From the NCBI GenBank assembly GCA_025201805.1, contig MU619295.1, forward strand, positions 54,760-112,085: a DNA stretch of 57,326 bases, in the 5' to 3' direction. Position 1 is the first letter of the stretch, and the number at the start of each line of letters is the position of its first letter. A program made the position numbers and the translations under genes. Below the pieces are notes generated by a model. It did not search any database. It saw only the letters and a list, made by a program, of their open reading frames with translations, and had not been told where the DNA came from. Origin of the DNA: Parasitella parasitica NRRL 2501 (lineage: Eukaryota > Fungi > Mucoromycota). Of the stretch, positions 27,094-39,951 are shown piece after piece.

Positions 27094-27459
27094 GATTTGA
27101 AAGAAAGAGAAATGCAGAAGACGTGTAAAGCCCAAGCCCTACTAATTTATCTTTTTTTTTTTTAAAAAAAAAGGCATTAAAACTCAGGGGTAAGATTGTC
27201 TGATGGATCGTCTCTTCACTTTCCAACATACTGTGATTTAAAAGTACAACTATCGAATATATCAAGTACTCAAAACTATATGGTTTGCAATTCATGAAAA
27301 TCTCACATATTTGTTGATTGTAATGATGAATTTTTGATCCAAATCATGAAAACCATTCAATATCCGCACGACTGCTTATTGTTTTGTCTTTGACAAGGCA
27401 GAGCCCGAAGTCAAATGCCAGGTACTCTTTTTTTTTCTCTAATCCAGAGTTTCTACGTT

Positions 27460-27828
27460 ATGGTAAACTCTTATTTAAGATAAGGTGTCTGGTCAAAAGT
27501 ACTAAATTGTTTTAATTAATAGTCATTGTTAAGCTTTTTCACACAATCAGCTAATCACACAAGCAAAAGATTTTATTCAACACCTGCTTATTTTGTTTCG
27601 CGCACCATCAACAAGGGTCTCCCCGTATATTCAGAATACAAAAATGGCGGAACTCGTCTTTTAACCGTTGTACGCAGAATTGAAGGAGATGCCAATGCTT
27701 TGATTAAAGATATAAACGCTGATTTCCCGGAAGCTGTAGTCAGCCTCAATACCAAAACTCAACATGTTGTCATCAAGGGTCATCATGTTAATGAAGTCAA
27801 AGAATGGTTGATTAATAAAGGCTTCTAG
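27460..27828 (+). CDS. IMG2: Mitochondrial ribosomal protein L49/Img2; first coding exon is ATG only
   Basis: ATG 27460-27462, intron 27463-27522; YFVSRT..GLPVYSEYKNGG..TVVRRIEGD..VIKG..VKEWL..KGF. Confidence 0.88.
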
Positions 27829-28019
27829 GTGCAATTAAAAGTAGAAGGAGCATAAGAGAAAAAACGATTTATCTGCGATATTACCAATCCTTGATCAACG
27901 GCGAAATGTAAATAACAATTTAATGAATAAAAGATAGACTTTATGTATTAAGATTTCTCAAGTAAAAAAAGATCATTTACTTCTACAATCCAAAAAAATA
28001 ACTCAAAAGCTGTGTTTGG

Positions 28020-28542
28020 CCCTCAAAAGAATATCAAGGGAGCGAAAGGATTACTGTATTGGCCTTTCGCACAAGGGCATTAATTACTTGAAAAACTATA
28101 TTTCGTTAATGAAAGTGGATTTAATGCTTGCATGACGCCCGAACGTGCAAGATCAGCTAAAGCAAAGAAAACCCATGTAATCACAAAGGCGAAAAGAGGC
28201 AAAAATATTTCAATCATTAGTGTTATTTCAGCAATAAGGATTGAATCTTTACAAGCTGTTATAACAGATGGTTCTACAAACAGGATTATCTATGGTAAAT
28301 CTATCAAGCTGCTGTTGGAATGGGTTGATATGGAATGCTTACATCAAGAATTCTATTTTATTATGGATAATGTAAAATTTCAGAAGAGCCCTATTATTGT
28401 ACAGGATCTTTTTAAACACTCAAAACATAGCTACCATTTCTTGCCACCATACTCACCTATGCTAAACATTATAGAAACTAGCTTCAACAAATTGAAAAAC
28501 TTTTTCCTATTAGACTTTCAACAGATCAAAACTAAGTGGTAA
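28020..28542 (+). mobile_element. Tc1/mariner-IS630 (DDE_3) transposase remnant
   Basis: NYLKN/FVNESGFN (first Asp mutated, frameshift), RGKNISIISVIS, FIMDN, FLPPYSPMLNIIE; no HTH or TIR seen. Confidence 0.85.
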
Positions 28543-29732
28543 TGTATTACACTCTGTAAAATACATCACAAAGCGAGCATGAGTAGAAATGCGTAGTAGA
28601 ATGGGATGACTTTATTTAGACATGGCAAAGAGACATGAGTGGAGCTATTGGGAATGACTGATCTTTATCCCAGTATAGATTGGTGATATCCTATGACATT
28701 TGGTTCCTCAAATCCACGGTGTTACATCCTCATTCAATCTTGGAATAGCAAAATAAATATATTCAGTTCTAATTGTATTTTTCAATTCATCTAGACATCC
28801 ACGACCCAGGATTATTTTAGACATGTAAAAATAGTTTATATTGATATTATCTAATAAATTATGAGATGATAACACAAATTTACATATCAGAGTTGCATAT
28901 AATCGCTGATAGGCTGCGATAAAAAGCAAATCAAAGCCTGTCTTATGCGCCATAAGATCAGGCATGATCATCGCTATATGAGCATAACTTTTTTTTCACT
29001 GGGCGATGTCTCTCTCTATCTAAAGTTAGTTGCAAAAAAACATTTTCACATTTTCGGCGGTCTGAGTTTTAAATATTTAATCACGTGAGGTTTATTTCAT
29101 TGGCTGGAAGAAGACAATAGTTCCTGAAAGTACGATGGCACTTTCGAAGGCTAAGTTATAAGCTGTGAACATTGTGGTTGATCGTCAGCAACCCTGTAAA
29201 ATCAAATAAAATTAATTCAGTATAAAATATCACTAGAGTAAATCTAAAAATAGCAATCTTTCAATGATTACATCAAGCGTCTGAACGCCATACAATCTTG
29301 TAATAAAATTTATATTTTGCGTTTCTAACTGTCAAGCTTTCATGCACCAAAAGTCGCTTTTCTTTCCAAGCAGTAAAAATTAATGATGTAAAGCCATTAT
29401 GTTTTATGATTTGAATAGAATCTAAAGTGAATTTCCATTAAATAGTTTAAGTCAGCAAAAATGTTGAGATTGAGAAACCTAGGAAAAGGGTGATAGCATA
29501 TGTAGATTTCATTTGTGCTCTTTCTTACAATATATAAATTCTCGTTCAAGGTGTCTATTTTTCTCTAACTTTTTTTAATTTTTACTATGCGAGTGTATGC
29601 AAACATGCTGAGCGTCATTTATTTGCGTCTTGGCTTGTTAAAAATACATAATTTCCACATACAGGGAAGGCAAACTGCTTATTTTTAATAAACCAGGCGA
29701 GGTCATTTACACGTTTTCATACAATATTTGGA

Positions 29733-31403
29733 TCATAAGATCTTATAACTTCTCATCACACATGTAGTTAATATGCAAAATGCAAGTATAGATGCCATTA
29801 TACAGAAAAACCAAGACAAATCCTCCTATGAATGTATAATAACAAAACTGCGATGAGTATTTACTAGATCAATATTAACGCTACTATATAAGATTTACCT
29901 GATCTTGTCCAGGAACTTTGACATTCATTCCCCACATGCCGGTCACCAAGTTCATTGGTACAAGAATGCTTCCCAATGCTGTTAACTTTGATAGAACATC
30001 GTTGATTTCATTGTTAGTTTGTGTCATTTCAATTGATATTTGTGCCAAATAGTTTGAATGTGATCTTGAGGATATTTTTTCATAATGATTCAGGGATTGC
30101 AACATGGCTACAATGTGATCTACAGGAATATAATATGAGTATATGGCATGAATGCCAATGCAAGCTTATGCTATGTACCTTGTATGTCGCCTAGATATAT
30201 GATAACGTCATGGCTAACTGTAGGTCTTTTGTTTTTACTGGCTTTTGTAGATTCATGATGACCACCTCTTTTGATCAAAGTCTTTATAACATCTGATTTT
30301 GCAACAAGTAGTCGTAATAAACTCATCATTTTCTTACGACAGTAGCCTATTCTCCTCAACATATCGGATTGTTCAGTCTCTTTTAGAATGAGTACTAGCT
30401 CATCAATAGAGTCTACTTCAAATTCAATCGTTCTAATTAGTGGCACAAAAGTATCAGTGATATCATCTAATAAACCATAACAGATCCAGTCTAAAATAAA
30501 TGGTTAGCTGTGTATACTATTTGTTTTGTTTTCTGTTTCTTTTTCACCTGGTGTAACGGTCAAACTATCTTTCAAATACATCATGCGTTTTCTTACATTA
30601 GCTGAATGTGGAGTTGATGATCCAAAATGGAACTAAGAAACAAAATAGCAATTTAAACAGCAACTCCAAATGAATTCATCATTGATTTTTTTACAGTGAG
30701 TATAAATCCTTTGAAGATCAGGATATATATGCCAATAGGCTGCAAGTAATTTGAAGAGAGAGAATTTGCTTCAAAGGTGCGAAAGCAAATGAAATAGTAA
30801 TGGTTAAATGCTTCGCATTTTTCCCGGGGCTCTTCTGTGGTAATATCTTCAGCGGTCAAAGGATGAATGTGGAAGATGCGCTGGATCTGTTTCATCTCCA
30901 CATCTCTTGGATTATGAATATCAATCCAAAAGCAAGATTCCTTGTGATCTTTGATGGCTGGAAGAATATCGACCAAGTCTTTTGCGTGTAAAGTGGATCT
31001 CAAGGGAGATGTATAAAAGACATATCTACAATCCAACGATGAGTTTGAAGGCGATGGAAAGTCTAATAGCAGCGAATGAGGTCGATGTCTTCCGCCATCC
31101 TGTAAATCTGTTAGGTCTGGATATCTATGTCCATTTACAGTGATATTGAGGGTAACTCACAATTGACCCATAAGTGGTATTCTGACTAATGCGATGCAAT
31201 TTTTCCTGTTTTCGCTTTTTTTTCAAACTGATGGAACTTTTCGAGTCTGAACATGAATCTAGAATCAATTCTTCTACAGCCTCCATGTCAATTAGGTCTT
31301 CCAAAGTTTGTATAGTTTTATCAGGATGGACATCTTGATCTGATGTGAACCATACATCGTTTCCAATGGTATCTACAAATACATCGTTTTTAGTTGCAGC
31401 CAT
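29733..31403 (-). CDS. CorA-family Mg2+ transporter (Alr1/Mnr2-like)
   Basis: FWIDI, IHPLTAEDI..EPREKCE, IEFEVDSIDELV, YLGDIQDH, NYLAQISIE, TGMWGMNVKVPG (GMN motif), final TM helix. Confidence 0.92.
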
Positions 31404-31797
31404 TCGGACCTAACGCCATTCGAAATTTTCTTTACTGCTATTGCTACTGCCATAGCTACTGCTTGTAGCTAGATCATTATCTACAATCGAAGCAAGCTTT
31501 GCAATTTCAATACCAAGAATATGCTGCCACACGACGCTATTCTGCACTTACGGAATTCTCCTCAACATAATCATTTTTACTGGACAGTGCTGAGCTTGAC
31601 ATTGCGTTTATTTGTTTGTTTTTTTTTTTTTTTTTTTTTTAAGAGCACCAAAACAAAAATAAAAAGTGAAGATAAGAAAAGAGAAAAAGGGTCAGTATTA
31701 CATTTGAATAATTCAAGCAATGATAAAGGTGCAACTTTTCTGGTCTGATGAAGATGCAAATTGTATGACTTGATCACATGGGTATATTTTATTCAGT

Positions 31798-34700
31798 TTA
31801 AGCGCTACTCAAGTTACGCATACTCTGTGCAACTTTATCTACTTGGGCATCATTTGGATTTAGGCATGATGAGTCTTCATTTTCCATACGGGACTTGATC
31901 ATAATGAGAGCTTCTTGAAGCGCCTTTCCAGTGCCTACAAAAAAAAATAATAATTTAGTTTGATGATGCATGTTTCTGATGGCGACCGGAAAGCTTACTG
32001 TCTATAGAACTGAGGAACCGAACAAGTTCTTTGCACAGCTCATAGTCATTCTCGTCCATTGCTTTTTGCAATAGACGAATTGTGTCTTTTCCGCCCACTA
32101 CTAGCGGCTGCATTGTTTGTAGGATGATCAAATAAGACGTGGCTGTACGTAATCTGTCATCTGCCAAGCAAATTTCAAATAACTCCTTGGGCTTTCCAAC
32201 TACAGAAAACAAATGATCCCATAACGCAACTTCTGTTTTACGAGCACAACTAACAATTACATCCAGAGCATGTGGAAACTGGTCCAAAAACTTGATGACA
32301 AGGGGCAAAATAGCAGCTATAAGTAAAGAGATACACTGTCAGTGATGATGTGTAAAGCAAGCAAGAGAATCATGATTACCGTCCCCCAAGTCATGGCCAG
32401 CTTCTTCTTCCAAGACTGTATGAAGCAGAATTTCTAGTGCATGACCAAAATAAACAAACTTTTCGTATGCACGCGCAAATACAACGGCTTCTTGTTGAAT
32501 GTCCCGTTGCAACAAATATCGCAAAATGTGGTGCAGAAACAAATGCATCTGTATAACCGTTAGATAATTAGAGATTATGTTTTCCAATGGGCTTGCAAAG
32601 CTGCTTACTTTTGGGCTCATTTTGAAAAGAACAAAGCCAAGCGAGTCTCGGTAGCTAATATTTTGCTCAATGCCGACGATAATACCTTTGTCTAGCAAGA
32701 TGGCTATATAAACAAAGATAAATACCAGCTCGCATACAAACATCAAACAAAGACACACTTACACAAAGGGTAAAAATCAAGGGGTATGTAGACGGCTTGG
32801 TCATGCAAATTCTTAAAATGATTGATTCGCCACTTACATTGGCTCTCCGTGTCTGTTATGGATCCTTCTGGCGAAGCACTGCTGCTGCCGGGCTCGGGTC
32901 CAATACGGTAGCCAAGAGAAAATGGTCTACCGATATCTATATTTCTGGCAGAGGACGATGATGACAGTATCCCTGGTGTGGTCGGTGTAGATGGCTCGCT
33001 TTCTGGAACGTTTGTATTGTATGTGGTGAAATCAAAATCAAATTCAAGCAGTAGATTGGTGAATATCTTTAAACCCTTTCCATCAGCAATCCACAGCGAT
33101 GTTACCATATTATCAACGCTCTTTCTCCCAATCCAGTAGTATTCTGCTTTGTGATGGATGTTGTGGATATCAAATGCCGGTGATGATGAACCATCCGTTA
33201 AATCAGACTGATCATTGTCATCCTAATTTTTTTTAAAAGATAAAAACCACACGTAAGCAACAGGTGAAAGTAACTCTCGTATGTTCTCAACTCACAGCTG
33301 CCTTGGGGCATAAAACAATCAGCTTTCCATCCACAAGCAGAAAAATGTTGGCAGAGACCACATTTTCGATTGAATCGATTTGATCACCACAGATGGGATT
33401 GAATAAACTGATGCTCCTGACTCGAGCCACTCGGGCTACAATCCCCTTCAACGACACTCTTCTTACTAATTCTAATCGAGCCAACCCGCCTTGATTGCCT
33501 GCATTACTACCAGGTAAAGCGCCCACGCCGATATTGTACATATTCACTACATTTTCAGATGTATAAACCAGCAGAAAATTGCCGCAAAGCGTCATGTAGG
33601 CTGGTATATTGGATAGAGGTTCTGAGTGCAAGATGTAGGTATTGTCCAGATTGCTGTCCCGAGAGTACATTCGAATCTGCCAAGGGCATCTCAGTACGTG
33701 TGTAAGCACTCGAGCCGATGTTCTACCTTACCTCATATGTCTTGTTTTGAAGCGATTCGCACGCTATAATAATTATGTTCTTGTACCACACCATACCGCC
33801 ACGTACCATGAAACTCTGCTCCTGATGCTGGTTGCCAAACAGCTTCCATCGATTCGAAATAGCGTTATAATGCGCAAATCCGCGTTTCCCGGCAATCGCA
33901 ATGTATTTTCCATCCGAGCTGATGGAAGCATAGCGTATAGGCCAGTGATCAGTGATGTAAAGCGCAGGATATTGGATATGAGTCCATGCCACAGCTGCGG
34001 GGTCAATGGTCGTATTGTTTTCTTGGTAATCGCCACCATTGTTGTATAGTAGAATCCTGTCGTCTCCTAGCAGTAGTCCTCGCTTTGCATTGTCTGAGTG
34101 CAAGTAGGACGCCAAGGCAGATTTGGCAAACGGGATAGTAAACAGTTTGGTATCCTGCTTATCTCTTTCCTTAGCAAGCACAAACAATTGATGATTTCCT
34201 GGGCCCCAAAACTAGACATGTATTTAGCACTTTTACACAAAGTGTGATTTGTGTTTGTAGATCACACTTACCACCGAGTGAATACCCTTGACGTATGTAT
34301 CCTTTAGTCTAAATGCACTACAGTTGATCCAATCCTGTTAGCATCCATGTGTAATTTTAGCACAATCAACCCATACTTGTCTCCTTCAAACACATCGTCC
34401 ATCTCACTTGTGGCACATAACAATCCACCGTAAACGCTCCAGATAGCCAATCCCTGCATTTTGTATGCCACAGAAATGGCGTATCCGTCTGATGTCCACT
34501 CTAAGGATTCCACAGAATTGTCTCGTGGGTCTACACTTGAATTCTGGGATACCCAGGACGAAAGCTCCAATTTATGCGATAGCACTGGCGTTGCTGTATA
34601 GCTGTTGGCTGAATAAACATACACTGCGCCTCGGTTTGTGCCAATTGCGACAAGTGAAAATTTGGAATTGATTGATACAGATGTTGCTTTGTCTAGATCA

Positions 34701-35895
34701 TGCCATCTCCCTTTACCCTTGGCGTCTGTATGCTCGCTGTTGTGAAAGCAAACGCCTGTCCAATGAATCTTCTTTTCGAACGACGGCACGTTGGGCGAAG
34801 TAATCGAAATTGATCCGTTACTACTTCTTCTTTCTTGAGATAAGGTATTGTTGTTTTGTACAAAATAGGCTCTACCTTCATTTGATAACCATACTGATAT
34901 ATTCAGCGTTTTATCGTAGACCATGTGCGACACTTGCTCTACATATGCCCGTCTTGTTAAAACAAAATCCCCCAAATTTCGGCAAAATGCAAGTGCGGCA
35001 TATCAGTACCTGATTTTTCGTTTTCCATGATTTCCAGCCTATTCAGCAGGGCAGTCTGTGTTGCGCTCACTTGTTGAGGGTTCCAGGAAAGGGATTGAAT
35101 AGCAGCGGGCAGCTTTGTAGCAATGATCAATGTATCGTCCGAAGAAGTTCCGCTGAAATTAGTTGCAAGAGATTAATCAGCATGTGTACACATATCCAAC
35201 CCATGGATTTAAAAAATAAAATAAAATAAAATAGAGTAAATAAATAAATAAAAAACAAAGAAGCCTACCAAGCAATGCCAGCATCTACTCGGATTGCTAG
35301 TTTAAATTTGATCAACATTGTCTTTGGACCCTTTCCTTCTCCTGGACCTGTCACATATGCATGAGAAGAATTTGGAAAATTGAGCTCGAACGATCTCTGA
35401 TCATATGCAATGATAGCGTAAAGCAGCAGATAGTTGTTTTTCGTCTGGTTGTTGCCAAAGTAATTTTTTTTTAATTAGTCATCCCGAGCGATGTCAACCC
35501 GCAAAAGAAGACAACTTACATGGACGACAATGGCTGTACTATCTGGCTTCCAAACAACATCCAGGTTTTCACCAAATTCCTCCACATGATTGTCTGAACG
35601 TTCCACAAAGGCAAGAACTGTAGTTGGCTCAAGTAACAACGTCAGTATGATACAACATGGCTTTGCAAGCTTTATAAAAGACACGGCTTACCTTGACTGA
35701 CCACAGGTAGATGCCGTTTCGGGTGCACGTAATGTACAACGACGCGTGGGATGAGGCTCGCATGGAGACGATGTTCAGGGACTTTGAAAAGGCAGTTGCA
35801 GCATGCTCTTCAGATTCGCTGCTGTCCACAGGTTTCTCTTTGCTGACTGTGCATTCCAGCGATAGCTCGCTTGCTATTCCATTAAGCCAGTACAT
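31798..35895 (-). CDS. RIC1: RIC1 guanine exchange factor subunit, multi-exon
   Basis: MYW start, WTSDGYA, AIAGKRGFAHY..RWKLFGN..QEQ, LDFYPL, YFGHALEILLH, VSCARKTEVALW, TATSYL. Confidence 0.93.
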
Positions 35896-36058
35896 TTATT
35901 TATTTTGGTCTCTGATCAGAATCCAAGTAAGAGAAGCAAGGGGATCAAATGAAAAAAAAGACCGTTTGGTCTAAGCGCTTGTTCGTTTTTCAGTCGTACG
36001 TCAATAGTCACGAACACACGATCAAGGAGCCTCTCTTTTCTCTCTTGCCAACAACACC

Positions 36059-36601
36059 ATGACAAGTTTGGTAGACGCCGAAACTCGCATCAAGTAAGCC
36101 TATCCTGGTGGAAATCACCTGACACAAAAGCCTAAGCATAAGATTAGAGTAAGCTCTGTACTGAATAAGGATGCTGTAAGTTTCGGTAAACAGAATCTGA
36201 TTGATGGCGACCAAGAAACATGCTGGAATTCAGAACAGGTATACATTATTGGGGGTGATGGTCTGCGGTGCTGCTCACTCATGCACATTGTACAACAGGG
36301 CCTTCCGCAGTATATCTTGCTGGATTTTCCCTCTCCAGTATCGGTAGAAAGAGTCATCCTTCAATTCCAAGGCGGATTTGTAGGTAAAAAATGCGTCCTT
36401 GTTGGAAGCACCCAAGAGGCGCCCAACGACTACAGCATTGAAATCGACACTCTCTATCCGGAGGACGTCAACTCCACCCAGACATTCGATTTGAAAGAGA
36501 CAAAACGGGTAAAGAGATTCAAGATCATATTTGAAGAAAGCACAGATTTTTATGGTCGTATTACAATGTACAAGTTGGATGTCGTTGGCAGCGTTTGCTA
36601 A
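36059..36601 (+). CDS. NR2C2AP: Nuclear receptor 2C2-associated protein (galactose-binding-like fold), 3 exons
   Basis: VSSVLNKD..FGKQNL.DG..ETCWNSEQG.PQ, FQGGFVG, YPEDVNSTQTF, STDFYGRIT.Y.L. Confidence 0.9.
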
Positions 36602-37728
36602 ACAGCAACTCCGGCTGCTTTTCTATTTAATAAACCGTATTTGCCTATCCAAATGAGAATGATGACCAAACCGAGGACACAGGCACCCAAATAGTATTGA
36701 ATCACCATACGTCTCCCCATAGTAAACAACCCGCCTCTTGGTAAATTTTTACGATTGAAAACCATCATGAATACACAAATGAGCCCAATTACGATTGTGT
36801 ACACTAGTCCAACAATCAGCCCATGAGGAAATTCAATCGCTACGCCCGCTAACAATAACCCATAGATTACAGATCCAATACACCACACAGCCTTGGTAAC
36901 ACTAGGCAAAGGGCCATGGATCTGGTTTCTAAAGGCGAATAGCTGAACCCAGCTCATAATCATTGCCCCTCCAGCATACAAATAATGCGCAATGTAATGC
37001 TCCCATGTCGTTTGCATATTCAGGTACATTTCGTGTAGGATAGGGTATTCAAGCACAAGCTCTGGATGTGCCTCGTTGAAGTCCTGAATGGGATGCTATG
37101 GCAATAAATCAGTAGATGTGTGCAAAACAACAATCGCCCTGTCATATAGCACCACTCACTTTGAATAAGGCACTCGCTGTATGAACGCCATGGAACTGGC
37201 AGTACATGCCGGCTCCTACTGTCCATAGCAGCCAAGTAACACTCGCCTCGCTCAATGCACCCCCTTTTGTTTACATGTAAATATACGCTTTGTTATACTC
37301 TCGCTTTTTCTTCCCTTGTTGGGATTGGCTTACATACAGTAATGCGATCTTCCGCTGGTCATGATGTCTGCTCGTGTGATGATGAACAAATTCAACGGAA
37401 GTGTAATGAGAGGATCGAAAAATCTCCACAGGGCGTCGCCTGTGAACCAGAAAGACGGGTTGGGTAGATCGCAAACAACTGGTATTATTGTCATGAGTAA
37501 CGTAAAAAATGCCGCGCCCAACATGAGCCAAGCAAGCCTATTGTCTTCTGCGTGCACATCTTTATAGGGATTACTTCTCGAAGGAAGTGCCGAATTTGCC
37601 GATGCCATCATTGCTCCTCGGCCATCCCTGTTCTCTTGCTCGTCATCCTCGTCTTCGGAATCTGCGAAAATTTGTTCAGGCGGTTGTCTTGTATAAATCG
37701 AAGGCAATTCGTAAGTATCATGAGCCAT
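36598..37728 (-). CDS. Uncharacterised multi-pass membrane protein of ~330 aa, putative CLN6-like; 3 exons
   Basis: Exons 37728-37338, 37263-37160, 37095-36598 join in frame (993 nt); ~7 hydrophobic segments; motifs GD..W..FDPLIT, HGVHT..LFKH, WEHYIAHY, AIEF. Confidence 0.8.
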
Positions 37729-38947
37729 TTGCAATTGTGGAATAATAAAAAAAAATATAACGCCACAAGAATTAAAAGGCGTATTCATGTGAGTTTTAAT
37801 CAGAAAAAGGTCGCCTAAATGCGCTTTGCTTGCTTGCCGTTTGATTTCCGTCGCCTACTACCTTATGCCATACTTATTCATCGCTATTTTTCAACGTTTT
37901 TTCTTTTTTTTTTTTGTTAGGAGAGTAGCTTATGCAAAGATTACGCATGGATGCTGGTTATTTATCGTTTCGTCACTCTAATATTGAATGTTTTTGAGTA
38001 TTAATATTAATGAACTAGATTCTCATATATGCCAAACCCCTTTTATCAACTTTGCTTATGAACTTCAAGTACTAGAGATCAAGAGTGGGTTGAATCTTTC
38101 TCAATAATGCAGATGACTGATATATCCTCGAAAAACCCTCACTTTTAAGATTTTGCCTGCTTAAACTGAGATTAAAGTTTTGTCGATTTTTCTGTTGTTT
38201 TTTGCCACTTCCTGAACGAAAATGCTCTTTTTTTCGCAAAATTAGAGACAATTTTTACATTTTTCGCAGAAATTAAAATACGAGCATATTCAGTTTTGTT
38301 TGCTCTATCACTCAGTATAAAAAATCAAGTACTTTTTCTACAAAAATTTAAAGGTAAAACCCTTTGATCGTAATTTCTTTTTTTGTCCAAAAATCAACAT
38401 TCTCAATAAGCTTTTTTGGATCCATGGGCTCTATACGATTTAAGCAGCCTATAGCTCAATTTTCCTCTCACATTGTTGTATGTTCCAAGGACGATTTTGC
38501 GGTGAAAAAGCAACATATCACTATTTTCCAATTTTTGACGAGGGTATACAAGGGAATTTGGAAAGGCTCAAAAACGCCTGCCAAAATATCTGAGTTTCAA
38601 GTTTATCTATGCGTAACCAAAGGTGATGGTAATCAGGCATTCTCTTCTGCTGGCCGCTACTCAGGCCATCGACAGCCTATTTCCAAAGACATTTGCATCA
38701 TGTTGTTTGTAGGTACACCCTCTTAACTTTGCTGCCTCCTCTTTTATAGTAGATCCGGAGAAGAGGTAGGTTAATTCAGTGCAATGAAAAAGCGCATTCG
38801 TATTTTTTTTTTTTTTTTGATTTCTCCATCTCAATGACCTACCATCAATAATGAGACGATAATATTCAACTATTTACATCAAGCGAATAATGTTGGGGAT
38901 TATTTATTTTCATTTTGAAAAAAAATCAGTGTGCAAAAGCAAGAAAC

Positions 38948-39405
38948 TTATTTTTGGGCCTTGAGGACCTTCTTGACGATCTTTTGTTCTTCGATCAAGA
39001 AAGCACGGACAATGCGGTTTCTGACACAGTGGGCACAACGAGAACCACCATAGGCACGGCTAACGTTCTTTTGGGTTTTCGAGACGGTGGCAAACTCACG
39101 GGGACGGAGAGCCTTGATCTATTGGTATGATTGCCTATTAGTAATTCTGCGTAAATGCCACCTCGCTACAAATAGTACTCACACCAGCGAGATCTTCACC
39201 ACAATCACCACAACGAGGAGCCTTGACGGGCTTCTTCTCGTATTGGACGACGAGCTTTCCACCTTTTATTTATACAGACGGAATTAGTCTACTTTTTCTA
39301 AATGCTACTGATCAAGTTGTAATTACCAGGGGTCTTTACGGCGCGAACACGGTTGGAGCGAGTGTTGTATGAACAACGACGTCTGTATGTAAGTCTCTGA
39401 GCCAT
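38948..39405 (-). CDS. RPL34: 60S ribosomal protein L34 (eL34), 3 coding exons
   Basis: [17 protein letters not shown]...[35 protein letters not shown]. Confidence 0.97.
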
Positions 39406-39951
39406 TGCTGATAATTATCTACTATCCGATTGATGATTGACAAGTGAATGTAGTTGAGATTAAATCAATGTAATGTTGAAAGTGTGAAAACGTAAATGAT
39501 GGTATTGAAAATTGATAAAGTTACAAGACTCATTGATCAGTATGCTATTCAATTACACAGTAGATGGATGGATGGATGATTAATTACCTCCCAAATGCAG
39601 CAATAGAATGAAAGGGAAGATTAACAACACTGCTCATACTGTGATTCTCTTTGTAATGGCTGCCCCGCCTTTTTTTTTTCTTGGACATATAGTCCGGATC
39701 GGGACATTGGCATTACAAAAGCTTCTCACTGCCATGCCATTTATTCGCCTTATTTAACTATCGTCTCAATTGCACTCGCCTCTTTGATCTGGCTTAATAC
39801 CATTATCGTACAAATCAACAACAGAGTTCTAACATCTTTTTTTTTGTTTTTTTTGTTTTACACGAATGATAAAAAGCCATCATCTTTCGGGTCATCATAA
39901 CGAAAACTACACCATATCCAGTAGTAACCTATACAGCTGCTGCCACACAAT

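Noticed and set aside
28708-28971. 87-aa minus-strand ORF beside the Tc1 remnant
   Set aside because: No supported family assignment
39420-39590. Possible snoRNA in the RPL34 5' UTR intron
   Set aside because: No box C/D pair or H/ACA layout visible
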